From the NCBI GenBank assembly GCA_951406725.2, contig OX597832.1, positions 13,702,001 through 13,766,000 of the forward strand: DNA of 64,000 nucleotides, given 5' to 3'. The notes beneath the pieces are model-generated. The model was not told the DNA's origin and searched no databases. It saw only the letters and a list, made by a program, of their open reading frames with translations. This DNA is from Octopus vulgaris. Lineage: Eukaryota. Both the position numbers and the translations under genes were made by a program. Positions 41,888 through 53,504 of the stretch are shown piece by piece. Positions within the stretch are counted from its first letter, which is position 1; each line of letters opens with the position of its first letter.

Positions 41888-44502
41888 TATACGGACATAT
41901 GTTTGTACATTTAGAGAGAGAAGGCGGGAAGGTGATAGGGAAAGAAAGGGATGGACTAATCAAGTGCATCTCGTTGGAGAAAATATCATTGCACTATCGA
42001 TTTTGTCAACTTGGTTCTCACCATACTGAACTCAGAAATAATTAGGTGTAATTAGATTGATTGAATTGTAATTAAGTTGAATTTCTATAGAAATTAGATA
42101 AGTCATGTAGGAAATCTATTCTGTGCATTAATTTCAGATGTTCTCCTAAATTGACAGGTGCTCTTTATTCGTCTTATTCTTCTCAACATTTGTTTTCGGA
42201 AAATGAAATTTATGATTGGATTAATGCACGTCACAGTATGACACCAGGATTTCTAATTAACCATTGAATTTTTAAAGGATTAAACTGCCATATTATATTT
42301 ATGTCTTTTTTAACAGATAATACCGGAAATTTAGTTTGAATTTGAATATAGTAGAGACAGATTTTGATTTAATAATATTAGCAGCTATTTATAATGTTCT
42401 TGCTTTCATACTTTAATTATTGCAAACGTTATTATGTAACAATTTCTGGTAGATTCTCAATTGAAAGAATATCAATAAGCCATAAACTATTGAGAAAATA
42501 ATATGTATCACATGTGATTCCAATTGAATAAAGTGTAAACCATCATGAAGAAATTTATGAAAGAAAAGTACAAGAAGGAACGTACTTTTAATATTTGGAG
42601 TTAATTCGGAAACACTATCCACATTTCAATTGTAATATTAATTAAGTTAATGAAGTATTATTATAAGAATGCTTGCATACATTTATATGTGGTCGTGTAT
42701 TTATCATTATTATTGTTATTATTAATATTATTATTTATTATTATCATCATCCGCCTCATCATCATCCTCCGCCTCATCATCATCATCCTCATCGGTATTT
42801 CACTATTGTTGTAGTTGTTGTTGCCGTTCTTGCTACCCTTGCTATCTTTTACATCTTATGTCTCATAAAAGTAATGTATAAAATAATAGAATTATAATTA
42901 TAATAGCAATCATATTAGAATAATAAGTAATACTATAATAATGATTATAATACTATCAATATTTTTAGTTATATTAATTTCAATGGTTATGATGATGGTT
43001 ATTTTCTAATTTCCGTGTGCATCTCTCCCTATTTCTTATTAAAATCTTCATCAAATCCCATGTTACTCATTGATATTCCCAATCAGATTACACAATGCAA
43101 TTGTATGTGAGTACAAGAACTGCATTGTTGATAACACTGCAGTTCTTGAAATATAGAAATAAATACATGCACAGAAATACATATATATGCTGATACACAT
43201 GAGTGTATCTTTCTAACTTTTATCTACTTTATTTCCCCATTTACCTTACTTTCTATCTAATTCTTCCTCTACGTCTGTCACTTCAATCAAAATTTACACA
43301 ATATGAAAAGGTAATATGAATAATAGATCTGCTTCAAAGCAATGATATTTCATGGAAAATTTCCAAGTAGCTCCGAATCATCAACAATAAGGAGCATTTT
43401 TGTATAATCATTTTCATATAATAGAGTAGTTGTAAGGATGTGGATATTTTCAATTTCAATGAAAATTTCGTTGAACAATTGAGGAGTTAGTTTCTATTTA
43501 AATTATATTTCATTGTTGGTTAACCAGCGATTGATCTCCGAAAGCAGGTTTATATTTTTATAGAAAGCTAGACAAGCCATTGCAAAGTCTAGTCACGTGT
43601 GAACGATTATGTCTCTCTCTCTCTCTTTCGCTTTCTCTTTCTCTCTTTCTTTCTCTCAATCTCTCTATCTCTATCTCCTCCTTTGATATTTATATGTAAG
43701 TATATACAGATATACATTCATTTTGGACACGAAACCACATTACCCCATTGACTCGCCGTTTGTATTACCAGTATAATACATGATAGGAATAATTTTACGA
43801 CTGCATTTCCTTCACACCAACACGAAGAGAATTTCGAAATCATTTTGGATCTGAAAACATAGGCGAAATGGATTTAATTTTATTTCTACTAAAACAAATG
43901 TGGATATCATTTCGTTTGAAACGTAATTTAAAGTTTAGAAAAGTAGAATAAGGATTTTCTTTTCTAATGTTCCTCACGTTTTAACTCTATCATAACTTTG
44001 CAATGATATATTTATAGTCAGGCATACGTTAATATATAATCGAATATGTAGGTTCCAGCTTCATAATAACAAATTTATTTAGATAAGAAAGAAGAAAATA
44101 AAAATATTACATCTACAAAAATATACCATATCCAACGAAACATAAAGAGAAATGATAATGTTAAAAGGCATATTTCATGTGAAACGTGCTTCAAATATGT
44201 AATAACTTCTAACATAATGCAATATATGTAATGGATTCCAAAAATGGTTCCGAAACAAAATCGCAGAAACAATCTTCTAGTTAAATACTATTTAACGAAC
44301 ATCTATTGCATTATTCATCTGAACACAGCATATACGTTAAATACGATAGATAAATGGGTATTTTAATTTAATTCTCTTTCAGTTACCTACACTGATTATA
44401 GCTCTCATCCTTTGTAACTCTTCATGCATTTATCTGTCTTTCGGTCTATATTCCTTTAAATCTATCAATCTATCTGCGCGTGTGAGTATATGGGAGTTTG
44501 TG

Positions 44503-44602
<100 letters not shown>

Positions 44603-45149
44603 CATGTATATCCCCATATGTGTGTATGTGAGTGTTGTGTGCGTATGTGTGTGTGTACGTGTGTGTGTGCACTGTGTTCGCATACAATCAAGAGATTTCA
44701 CAGTGGAAGTAAACACAGGTGAAAATTGTCCTCGTTCACAGCATTGTGTGATAAATGTTTGATTGTGAGTGGCGTCATCGGATCGAAGGTTGCACGCGTC
44801 ATTAGCGATGTGTTAAATATCACTGAACATGTATGGATTTCATTCAACAATCCATTCCAGCTCGAATAAGATTTATACACACAGACAAAGTGACTGCTTG
44901 CTGTTCTTATATATTACAATCAGCAATTTGATAGTGTTGCGAAGAAGGAAGTTATTATTTGCAGTTGATGACACGTAGAACTCAGAAATAAAGTGTATTT
45001 TCGCAACGTTTGTTTACGAAGAAACGTTTATCCAGGAGGTATTTTTACAGTGAAACGTTCGAGTGTACGAGAGCATGTAAATATATTTGTACATGCATGC
45101 ACATGAATTAATAAATGTATTTCTTAAGGTGGAATTGTTAACGAAGTTA

Positions 45150-45720
45150 GTAATACCAACATGAACCTGTGACTTTGGGCGTTGTGACCGCTACTTTACC
45201 TCCCACTTCGAAGGCTAGGCATTTTCAATCCCCAAACTAGAAGTTGCTACGAAGTTCCTAACAAAGAAATGAGACAGTGAAGCCCATGGAGCACAAAAAT
45301 GCTATCGAGATCGTAGATCATGTAGTAGTCCGGTGACAGATATTACACATACGATTAGTAGCTTCCTCAAAATGTCAACAATGTTATACCTACATATGCG
45401 ACACGACGTTGCCGCAAAAGCATTATACATGCCATATCGGGAAAAAAAGACTGTGCTTGAATAAACACAGGGAATTACCCTGTTACTGAACGCACGCACA
45501 AACACTAACACATGTAATGGTGGTGGGACATTCCCATCAAAATATCTGTCAAGTGTAAGCATATCAGGCCGGATATCTTTATTTAGGACAAAAAATTATA
45601 TCATGTCAGGGAGGTCAGCTACCCTGTTCATGTGAATATATCTTTGAAAATCAAAGAGAATGAGAATAACTATGGACAGCTAGTCCCAAAATATTCAGCT
45701 TCTATATCCAAACTGTAAAT
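45150..45720 (+). pseudogene. RLE-type (R4-like) non-LTR endonuclease fragment
   Basis: DITHTISS..KMSTMLYLHMRHDVAAKALY..WWWDIPIK..HIRPDIFI..EVSYP..ENNYGQL. Confidence 0.6.
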
Positions 45721-45733
45721 ATATATATACTTA

Positions 45734-45771
<38 letters not shown>

Positions 45772-45774
<3 letters not shown>

Positions 45775-46000
45775 CAAGACGGGACAAGAACGCGAAAAAC
45801 ACCAAGAGATGACACAAAGAACGGACGGGTCATTCGAAGCCTCTAATCTTCAGTCAGGAACCGGATCGTCCTAGCAAATTTCGGCTGATTAATCCTGATA
45901 TCGCTCAGATCCGGCTAGCCCCAAGGAAAAACTAAGCTGCGAGCATTAGATTTCTTGGAAAAAGGATCGAATGTATACGAATCAATGACAGAAAAACGGA
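45772..46000 (-). repeat. Short interspersed element flanked by (TA)n, probably a PLE tail
   Basis: Non-microsatellite insert between TA tracts; HHR-like words are present but do not fold cleanly. Confidence 0.35.
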
Positions 46001-46104
46001 TATATATATATATATGTATAAGGGTGAAAAGGAACACACGAGTTGATATATATGAAAAAACAAGTAAAAAATAGAAAATGCTAAAATAATTTTATAGTGA
46101 ACAT

Positions 46105-46146
46105 TTCAGTACCGGTTTCGGTCATTTTGAGACCTTTTCAACTGTA
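46105..46146 (-). ncRNA. Minimal hammerhead ribozyme (U3-A8 variant), inverted-arm copy
   Basis: Reverse complement of 52051-52092. Confidence 0.75.
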
Positions 46147-46875
46147 ACGATTAAATAATTAAATTTAGAAAAATTAGAAGAAAAGTTTTTTTAAAAGAAT
46201 ATTTCTATAGTAGTGTTCAGATTTAAGTGGCATTCTGCCTTTCTCTGACTCCCTTGTTTGCACTTGTGTGTTCGAGGTAGTTGTGAGTTCTTGGTAGGGT
46301 AGTAGAGGGAAGGCTGGTGAGGAAAGGGGGTGGGAGAATCTGGGAGTGCCCTGATGGTCGTATTTTGAATGGTCAGTGGCGGCTGGCAGTCTCAGTTCAA
46401 TTCAGGAGAATATTTATATTGACAGGCTTGTTTATAGAATTAGCGTAGGTGTTATACTAAAAAACATTAGTGACAAACTTAAGGGGTAGGGGGTGAAGAA
46501 GAAGAAGAAGAAGAAGAAGAAGAAGAAGAAGAAGAAGAAGAAGAAGAAGAAGGAAGGAGAAGGAGAAGATGATGGTGATGGTGGTGATGATTATGACGAT
46601 ATGATGATGATAACGATGATGAAGAAGAAGAAGAAGAAGAAGAAGAAGAAGGAGGAGAAGGAGAAGATGGTGGTGATGATGGTGGCGATGATGATGACGC
46701 CGATGATGATGATAACGATGATGATGAAGAAGAAGAAGAAGAAAAAAACAGAGAAGGGAGAATATGAATGGGTGTAAATATAGCTATGAAGGGGCTGATT
46801 AGTAATGGATTCTATGGAGTGTAGTATTTGTGTGTGTATATATATTTTTTTCTTTTATTCTAAAGTTGAGATATA

Positions 46876-48080
46876 TTAATTGTTTGTCGTAGACCCGTTA
46901 AGAAGTGGCTTGTATTTTGTAATAAAGAGATTTTCTTTACATATTCTTTGTCTCGAGGTTGTATCGTCCCTAAATTGGTAGAGGGGGAAAATTCTGAAGT
47001 TTGGTGTTTTTTTGTTGGCGCAAGTATCTATGTGTTGGCTAAAAGCTATTTTTCTGTTTTGGGGAATTTTTATCTGGGATCTGTGCAGGGCCATTCGTTT
47101 ACGCAAACCATTTTTTGTTTGGCCTATGTACTGCTCTTGACACCCGGAGCAGGTTAGTGAGTATATTAGGTTCTCCGAAGCACATGTGAAGTTGCTTTTC
47201 ACTGTAAACCGTTGTCCCTGTTTGAAGGAGAACTCAGAACCCTCGATTAGATAGTCGCATATCCCGCAATTGGGTCTTCCACATTTTTTTACTGTCGGCT
47301 TCTGTGTTGAAGAGTGAATTCGGGCTTGTGTAAGGAGACTTTTCATGGATCTAGGCTGTCTTTTGCTTTTTATGATCGTGTGTGTTTGGAGGATTGTGTT
47401 CATTCTGTGGTCTTTTTTTAGGAGGGGTATGTTGTGGAGGATGGTGTCGAAGGCTTCGTTATTGAGAGGGTTGTGTGTGGAGATGTATGGTAAGGCTTTT
47501 GGTTGTAAGTTTTTCTTTGATTTGGGATGTCTCAGTTCCTTGATGTTAAGTTGAAGGGCACGTTGAATGCACTTGTCAATAAGTGAAGGTGGATAGTTCC
47601 TGGTGATTAGGGTATCTTTTAGTTCTTGTAGTCGTGTGTCTCTGGTGTTTGCGTTAGAGACTATAGTGCATATCCTTTTTGCTAGATTGAAGGGGATATT
47701 CATCCTGGTGTGTCTGGGGTGGCATGAATTGAATGGAAGATATTGCTTAGAGTCTGTAGGCTTATAGTATATGTCTGTTTCTATTATATTATTAGCTTTC
47801 TTAATGAGGATATCGAGGAAGGGGAGTTGTTGTTGGCTATATTCCATCGTGAATTGGATGTTTACGTCCAGTCCGTTTAAAATTTTCTGGAATTCTATGA
47901 GTTTTTCTATATTTTTATGCCAAAGGATGAAACAGTCATCTAGATATCTCTTCCAGTTGTTTTCTATGTAGATGGAGAAAGGGCTGCCATATCTTTCAGA
48001 ACCTTACGATACAGACTGATCTCTAGGTATCCTATGACTAGGTTGGCAAAGGAGGGGGCCATTCGTGTACCCATCGCAGT
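46876..48080 (-). pseudogene. Inverted partial copy of the PLE ORF (RT C-half, thumb, GIY-YIG)
   Basis: ORF 46876-47847 is nearly identical to the C-terminus of 49158-51311; there is a 1-nt deletion near 47998. Confidence 0.92.
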
Positions 48081-49020
48081 GGTATACCACAATGGAACAA
48101 TCACTCAGAGATAGAATGTTCGCCTTTTGGAAGATGATCCAAAACAACAACAAAGCGGATATATACGAAAAATGGCTCAACCGGACCCCGTTAATCCTCC
48201 CACGTAAATTCCAGTTCAAAGCTATTACAGAAGAACCTGAAACACAAAGACACCTCAGGGAGAGAATGGCACTGGAAAAAATGAAAATGGAAATAGAACT
48301 TCTGAAATTGAGGGCCCAAACGAATGAGGATAAAATAAAATCCACCGATGAAGATATCAACGAAGAAATTCGCAAAATGACCCAAGGCCCAGATCAAGAG
48401 AAGTTCTCCAAACTATGGAAAGAGGACTGTGAAAAAGAAGAACTAAAATCTCTCCAACGCTGGGAGAAAAGCGCCACTTGGTTCTCAGACTATGAAGCCG
48501 TCTTTCAAACAGAGCACGCCTCCAACAACCCTTTCCAGAAAATAAGAAAACCAAAACAACACCCAAACACCGATACACACCTGTCTAAAAATCGGAACCT
48601 TCACTACTATCAAAAAAGAATACAGGACCTAACCCCAACTCTGTAAGCAGCCAGCGATACAATATCAGGAATACCCCCACTTCAAGCAGAGAAAGGATAA
48701 ATCAACACCCACAGCATAGACACTGCAACCTCATCCCCACCCAAAGGAGTTACCAACGAAATCTTCGTCCCATTAACCGGTTAAACAACCATGCACAACA
48801 AACCCACACCACTTGCAATGATTACCAACGAAGGCCTCCTAGAACACCACACCCGAATATGGGATATCGGGATGCTCTCCTCAATACTGCTCCAAGAACA
48901 CACACCACAAATCACAACAGGAGACCCCTAATCAACAAAGAACAACTATATACTAGCTACCGTCCCAACCACCGCATTCATTTTTTAGACCCAATACGCA
49001 AACACAGAGACACAAGATAG
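48081..49020 (+). CDS. PLE upstream ORF1 (coiled-coil N-half, basic low-complexity C-half), interrupted by one 1-nt frameshift
   Basis: ORF 48065-48646 (RERMALEKMKMEIELLKLRAQ..) continues in another frame open 48589-49020 (..GYRDALL..HFLDPIRKHRDTR*). Adding one A to the A-run at 48587-48591 or 48612-48617 joins them. Confidence 0.6.
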
Positions 49021-51311
49021 CACCAAACAAGCAGGAGGAACCAAAAGTAATAAAAATTATTAATCTAACTCACAAGGAACTAACAGCAAACCAAATAAAC
49101 ATACTTTCCAAAGGACTCAAGTTTACACCCACCCCACAACACCCCAACTACAATGAAATGAAAGAAGACATCGCAGAATTCTGCAGAAAATTAAGACTTA
49201 CTGAGGAGCTATACGATAAATACAACGAGGACGAATCGTTAGCCAGAAATAGGAGTAACTACACCCCCTCGAAAGGTAAGAATAAAACACTTGATGATTT
49301 CTGTGACCACATATCAAATTACCCATATCAACATATGCACAAACAAAAACACAAACCAAACATCAGCAAAAAAGAATGGGCTGAGTTGAACAAATTAAAA
49401 CTAGATAAAACAATAACAATCAAAGAGGCCGATAAAGGGAGTGCTGTTGTCTTAATGGATACGACATTTTACATAACTTTGGTACTTTCTATGCTGGAAG
49501 ACACAACATACTATGAAAAGGCACAAAACTACAGTCAACAAAAAATAATGAGGGAACTAAAATCCATATTAAACCCATACAAAGCAGGGCTCACCGACAA
49601 AGAATATGATTATATGACCAATTTCACAAGTAAAACTAGCCAATTCTACGGTATACCTAAGATCCACAAAAGTGAAAAAATAAGCAACGCATGCAAGATA
49701 GCTACAGACAAAATAATTAAAGTCCCTAATCCTAATGACCTCAAATTGAGACCCATAATAGCAGGTCCCGCATGCGAAACCCACCGCCTCAGTAACCTTT
49801 TAGACACCCTGTTAAAACCACTCCTCAAACATGTCAAAAGCTATATAAGGGACGACTTAGATATGCTCAATCACCTACCGAATACTATAAACAAAAACAC
49901 CATACTGGTATCCTTCGATGTAGTCAACCTCTACTCCAATATCCCCCACAACCTAGGACTAGAGGCAATCCAATTCTGGCTAGAGAATCACGCCAACGAA
50001 CTACCACACCGCATCAAAAAAGAATTTGTGATAGAAGGGGTTAAATTCATCCTGGAAAATAACTTCTTCGCCTTCAATGACAACTTCTACCGACAAAAAT
50101 CGGGGACTGCGATGGGTACACGAATGGCCCCCTCCTTTGCCAACCTAGTCATAGGATACCTAGAGATCAGTCTGTATCGTAAGGTTCTAGAAAGATATGG
50201 CAGCCCTTTCTCCATCTACATAGAAAACAACTGGAAGAGATATCTAGATGACTGTTTCATCCTTTGGCATAAAAATATAGAAAAACTCATAGAATTCCAG
50301 AAAATTTTAAACGGACTGGACGTAAACATCCAATTCACGATGAAATATAGCCAACAACAACTCCCCTTCCTCGATATCCTCATTAAGAAAGCTAATAATA
50401 TAATAGAAACAGACATATACTATAAGCCTACAGACTCTAAGCAATATCTTCCATTCAATTCATGCCACCCCAGATACACCAGGATGAATATCCCCTTCAA
50501 TCTAGCAAAAAGGATATGCACTATAGTCTCTAACGCAAACACCAGAGACACACGACTACAAGAACTAAAAGATACCCTAATCACCAGGAACTATCCACCT
50601 TCACTTATTGACAAGTGCATTCAACGTGCCCTTCAACTTAACATCAAGGAACTGAGACATCCCAAATCAAAGAAAAACTTACAACCAAAAGCCTTACCAT
50701 ACATCTCCACATACAACCCTCTCAATAACGAAGCCTTCGACACCATCCTCCACAACATACCCCTCCTAAAAAAAGACCACAGAATGAACACAATCCTCCA
50801 AACACACACGATCATAAAAAGCATAAGACAGCCTAGATCCATGAAAAGTCTCCTTACACAAGCCCGAATTCACTCTTCAACACAGAAGCCGACAGTAAAA
50901 AAATGTGGAAGACCCAATTGCGGGATATGCGACTATCTAATCGAGGGTTCTGAGTTCTCCTTCAAACAGGGACAACGGTTTACAGTGAAAAGCAACTTCA
51001 CATGTGCTTCGGAGAACCTAATATACTCACTAACCTGCTCCGGGTGTCAAGAGCAGTACATAGGCCAAACAAAAAATGGTTTGCGTAAACGAATGGCCCT
51101 GCACAGATCCCAGATAAAAATTCCCCAAAACAGAAAAATAGCTTTTAGCCAACACATAGATACTTGCGCCAACAAAAAAACACCAAACTTCAGAATTTTC
51201 CCCCTCTACCAATTTAGGGACGATACAACCTCGAGACAAAGAATAAGTAAAGAAAATCTCTTTATTACAAAATACAAGCCACTTCTTAACGGGTCTACGA
51301 CAAACAATTAA
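48957..51311 (+). CDS. PLE reverse transcriptase + Cys linker + GIY-YIG endonuclease
   Basis: Frame open from 48957, first ATG at 49158. Motifs: IINLT..LSKGLKFTPTP, ADKGS, FYGIPKIHK, LRPII, SFDVVNLYSNIP, GTAMGTRMAPSFANL, RYLDDCF, LPFLDI, SCHP, CGRPNCGIC, LIY..C..C..QYIGQT..RMALH. Confidence 0.96.
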   Translation, partial: LPSQPPHSFFRPNTQTQRHKIAPNKQEEPKVIKIINLTHKELTANQINILSKGLKFTPTPQHPNYNEMKEDIAEFCRKLRLTEELYDKYNEDESLARNRSNYTPSKGKNKTLDDFCDHISNYPYQHMHKQKHKPNISKKEWAELNKLKLDKTITIKEADKGSAVVLMDTTFYITLVLSMLEDTTYYEKAQNYSQQKIMRELKSILNPYKAGLTDKEYDYMTNFTSKTSQFYGIPKIHKSEKISNACKIATDKIIKVPNPNDLKLRPIIAGPACETHRLSNLLDTLLKPLLKHVKSYIRDDLDMLNHLPNTINKNTILVSFDVVNLYSNIPHNLGLEAIQFWLENHANELPHRIKKEFVIEGVKFILENNFFAFNDNFYRQKSGTAMGTRMAPSFANLVIGYLEISLYRKVLERYGSPFSIYIENNWKRYLDDCFILWHKNIEKLIEFQKILNGLDVNIQFTMKYSQQQLPFLDILIKKANNIIETDIYYKPTDSKQYLPFNSCHPRYTRMNIPFNLAKRICTIVSNANTRDTRLQELKDTLITRNYPPSLIDKCIQRALQLNIKELRHPKSKKNLQPKALPYISTYNPLNNEAFDTILHNIPLLKKDHRMNTILQTHTIIKSIRQPRSMKSLLTQARIHSSTQKPTVKKCGRPNCGICDYLIEGSEFSFKQGQRFTVKSNFTCASENLIYSLTCSGCQEQYIGQTKNGLRKRMALHRSQIKIPQNRKIAFSQHIDTCANKKTPNFRIFPLYQFRDDTTSRQRISKENLFITKYKPLLNGSTTNN

Positions 51312-52050
51312 TATACCTCAACTTTAGAATAAAAGAAAAAAATATATATACACACACAAATACTACACTCCATAGAATCCATTACTGATCAGCCCCTTCA
51401 TAGCTATATTTACACCCATTCATATTCTCCCTTCTCTGTTTTTTTCTTTTTCTTCTTCTTCATCATCATCGTTATCATCATCATCGGCGTCATCATCATC
51501 GCCACCATCATCACCACCATCTTCTCCTTCTCCTCCTTCTTCTTCTTCTTCTTCTTCTTCTTCTTCTTCTTCTTCTTCTTCTTCTTCTTCTTCTTCTTCA
51601 TCATCATCGTTATCATCATCATCGTCGTCATAATCATCACCACCATCACCATCATCTTCTCCTTCTCCTTCTCCTTCTTCTTCTTCTTCTTCTTCTTCTC
51701 CACCCCCTACCCCTTAAGTTTGTCACTAATGTTTTTTTAGTATAACACCTACGCTAATTCTATAAACAAGCCTGTCAATATAAATATTCTCCTGAATTGA
51801 ACTGAGACTGCCAGCCGCCACTGACCATTCAAAATACGACCATCAGGGCACTCCCAGATTCTCCCACCCCCTTTCCTCACCAGCCTTCCCTCTACTACCC
51901 TACCAAGAACTCACAACTACCTCGAACACACAAGTGCAAACAAGGGAGTCAGAGAAAGGCAGAATGCCACTTAAATCTGAACACTACTATAGAAATATTC
52001 TTTTAAAAAAACTTTTCTTCTAATTTTTCTAAATTTAATTATTTAATCGT

Positions 52051-52092
52051 TACAGTTGAAAAGGTCTCAAAATGACCGAAACCGGTACTGAA
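52051..52092 (+). ncRNA. Minimal hammerhead ribozyme (U3-A8 covariant core) in the PLE 3' terminus
   Basis: CAG TTGAAAA GGTC tcaaaat GACC GAA ACCGGT A CTG; palindromic stem III, GUA triplet. Confidence 0.75.
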
Positions 52093-52679
52093 ATGTTCAC
52101 TATAAAATTATTTTAGCATTTTCTATTTTTTACTTGTTTTTTCATATATATATATATGCTTATGAATTTACATACGTATATCTGTATATCCATAGAAACT
52201 AGCGTGCGCACACAGATTTATATTTCACAATTTCTTTGTCAGTGTGCATATTTCATTTGCCTCGGCAATTTGGAGTTCCAGATCATGTTTAGTTTGTGAC
52301 CGGTTATCCATGTTTGCGCCTTCCTCACCATGATGCCTGCTTCCGATCTGCTTACCCAGTCATCTAAACACGAAATTACAACATGCGAAATAATCAGAAC
52401 CTTTAGAGATACCTGTCAAGAGTTAGCAACAAGACCAAGCAAAGACGTCTGCGCTTATCTGATCACTGCGTGCACCACTCTGAGGTGCAAACGCCCAAAT
52501 TCACCTTATAGAATTCACTTCATAGTGATATAAGAAAAGGTAGAGATCGTCAAATTTACATCGACATCTTGATTGTAGGTAATGGCCCGCAATGTATCTA
52601 GGGACTTGAGGCAGTGATGATGCATGGAGTAACGTGGCGAGTGGACTTTTTTTCAGGCGGCCTGGATTGGAACCCAGGT

Positions 52680-52691
52680 ATAATAATAATG

Positions 52692-52761
<70 letters not shown>

Positions 52762-52765
52762 TAAT

Positions 52766-52828
<63 letters not shown>

Positions 52829-53021
52829 TAATAATAATAATAATAATAACATTTTTATTTATTTATTTGTTATTTTTATGTATTAGACATTCACTAGTAC
52901 AACACAAAAAAAAACAAAAAAAACAAATATATGGCACAGAACTTCCAACCTGTTGTCTCTTGAGTTTTCTGGGTGAGACTTGGAGCCAACTTGTACAGAC
53001 ATAAAGCAAAAGTCAAACATA

Positions 53022-53078
<57 letters not shown>
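52680..53078. repeat. (AAT)n tracts enclosing a short non-repeat insert (52885-53020), possibly a LINE 3' end
   Basis: The insert ends ..aaagcaaaagtcaaacatag directly into (AAT)n; family not established. Confidence 0.5.
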
Positions 53079-53079
<1 letters not shown>

Positions 53080-53427
53080 CATATCGGTTGAAAAATTTAA
53101 AATGATTAACCTCTACTTTGTTTAGATGTTCCATATAGTTTTCGCTTAACGTATCCATAGCCATTTATAAATATGAGATAAAACATCATAAAAAGTTTTA
53201 TCTCATACATATTTGTGGTGTGTATGTATCTCTCTGCACATATACATACACATATGTATATATGTATGCACACACTCACACACACACATACACACACACA
53301 CATATATATATGCATATACATGTATTTGTGTTTCTGTATATAAAAATCTCTATTATTTGTCTGTATCTCCACACATACACATTTGTATATATTTATATAT
53401 ATACACACACACACACACATACATATG

Positions 53428-53504
<77 letters not shown>

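Larger units (their letters stand above)
46046..52151. mobile_element. Neptune-type Penelope-like retroelement with 2-kb head-to-head inverted duplication
   Basis: 46046-48080 is the reverse complement of 50106-52151 apart from a few substitutions, one 1-nt deletion and microsatellite length changes; both ends lie in (TA)n. Confidence 0.95.

Noticed and set aside
45825-45915. Hammerhead on the minus strand (CTGAAGA..CGAA and ..CCGAAAT words)
   Set aside because: Stems I-III could not be paired convincingly.
46493-46777. Lys-rich ORF, and its mirror at 51410-51703
   Set aside because: (GAA)n/(GAT)n tracts in the PLE 3' UTR whose lengths differ between arms; no domain content.
48611-48619. 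Second programmed frameshift at CAAAAAAG
   Set aside because: The heptamer is out of phase for the incoming frame (CAA AAA AGA); a homopolymer indel is more likely.
46876-51311. A-to-I editing signature fixed between the inverted arms
   Set aside because: The differences include A/T transversions and an indel and are too few; ordinary mutation or assembly error suffices.
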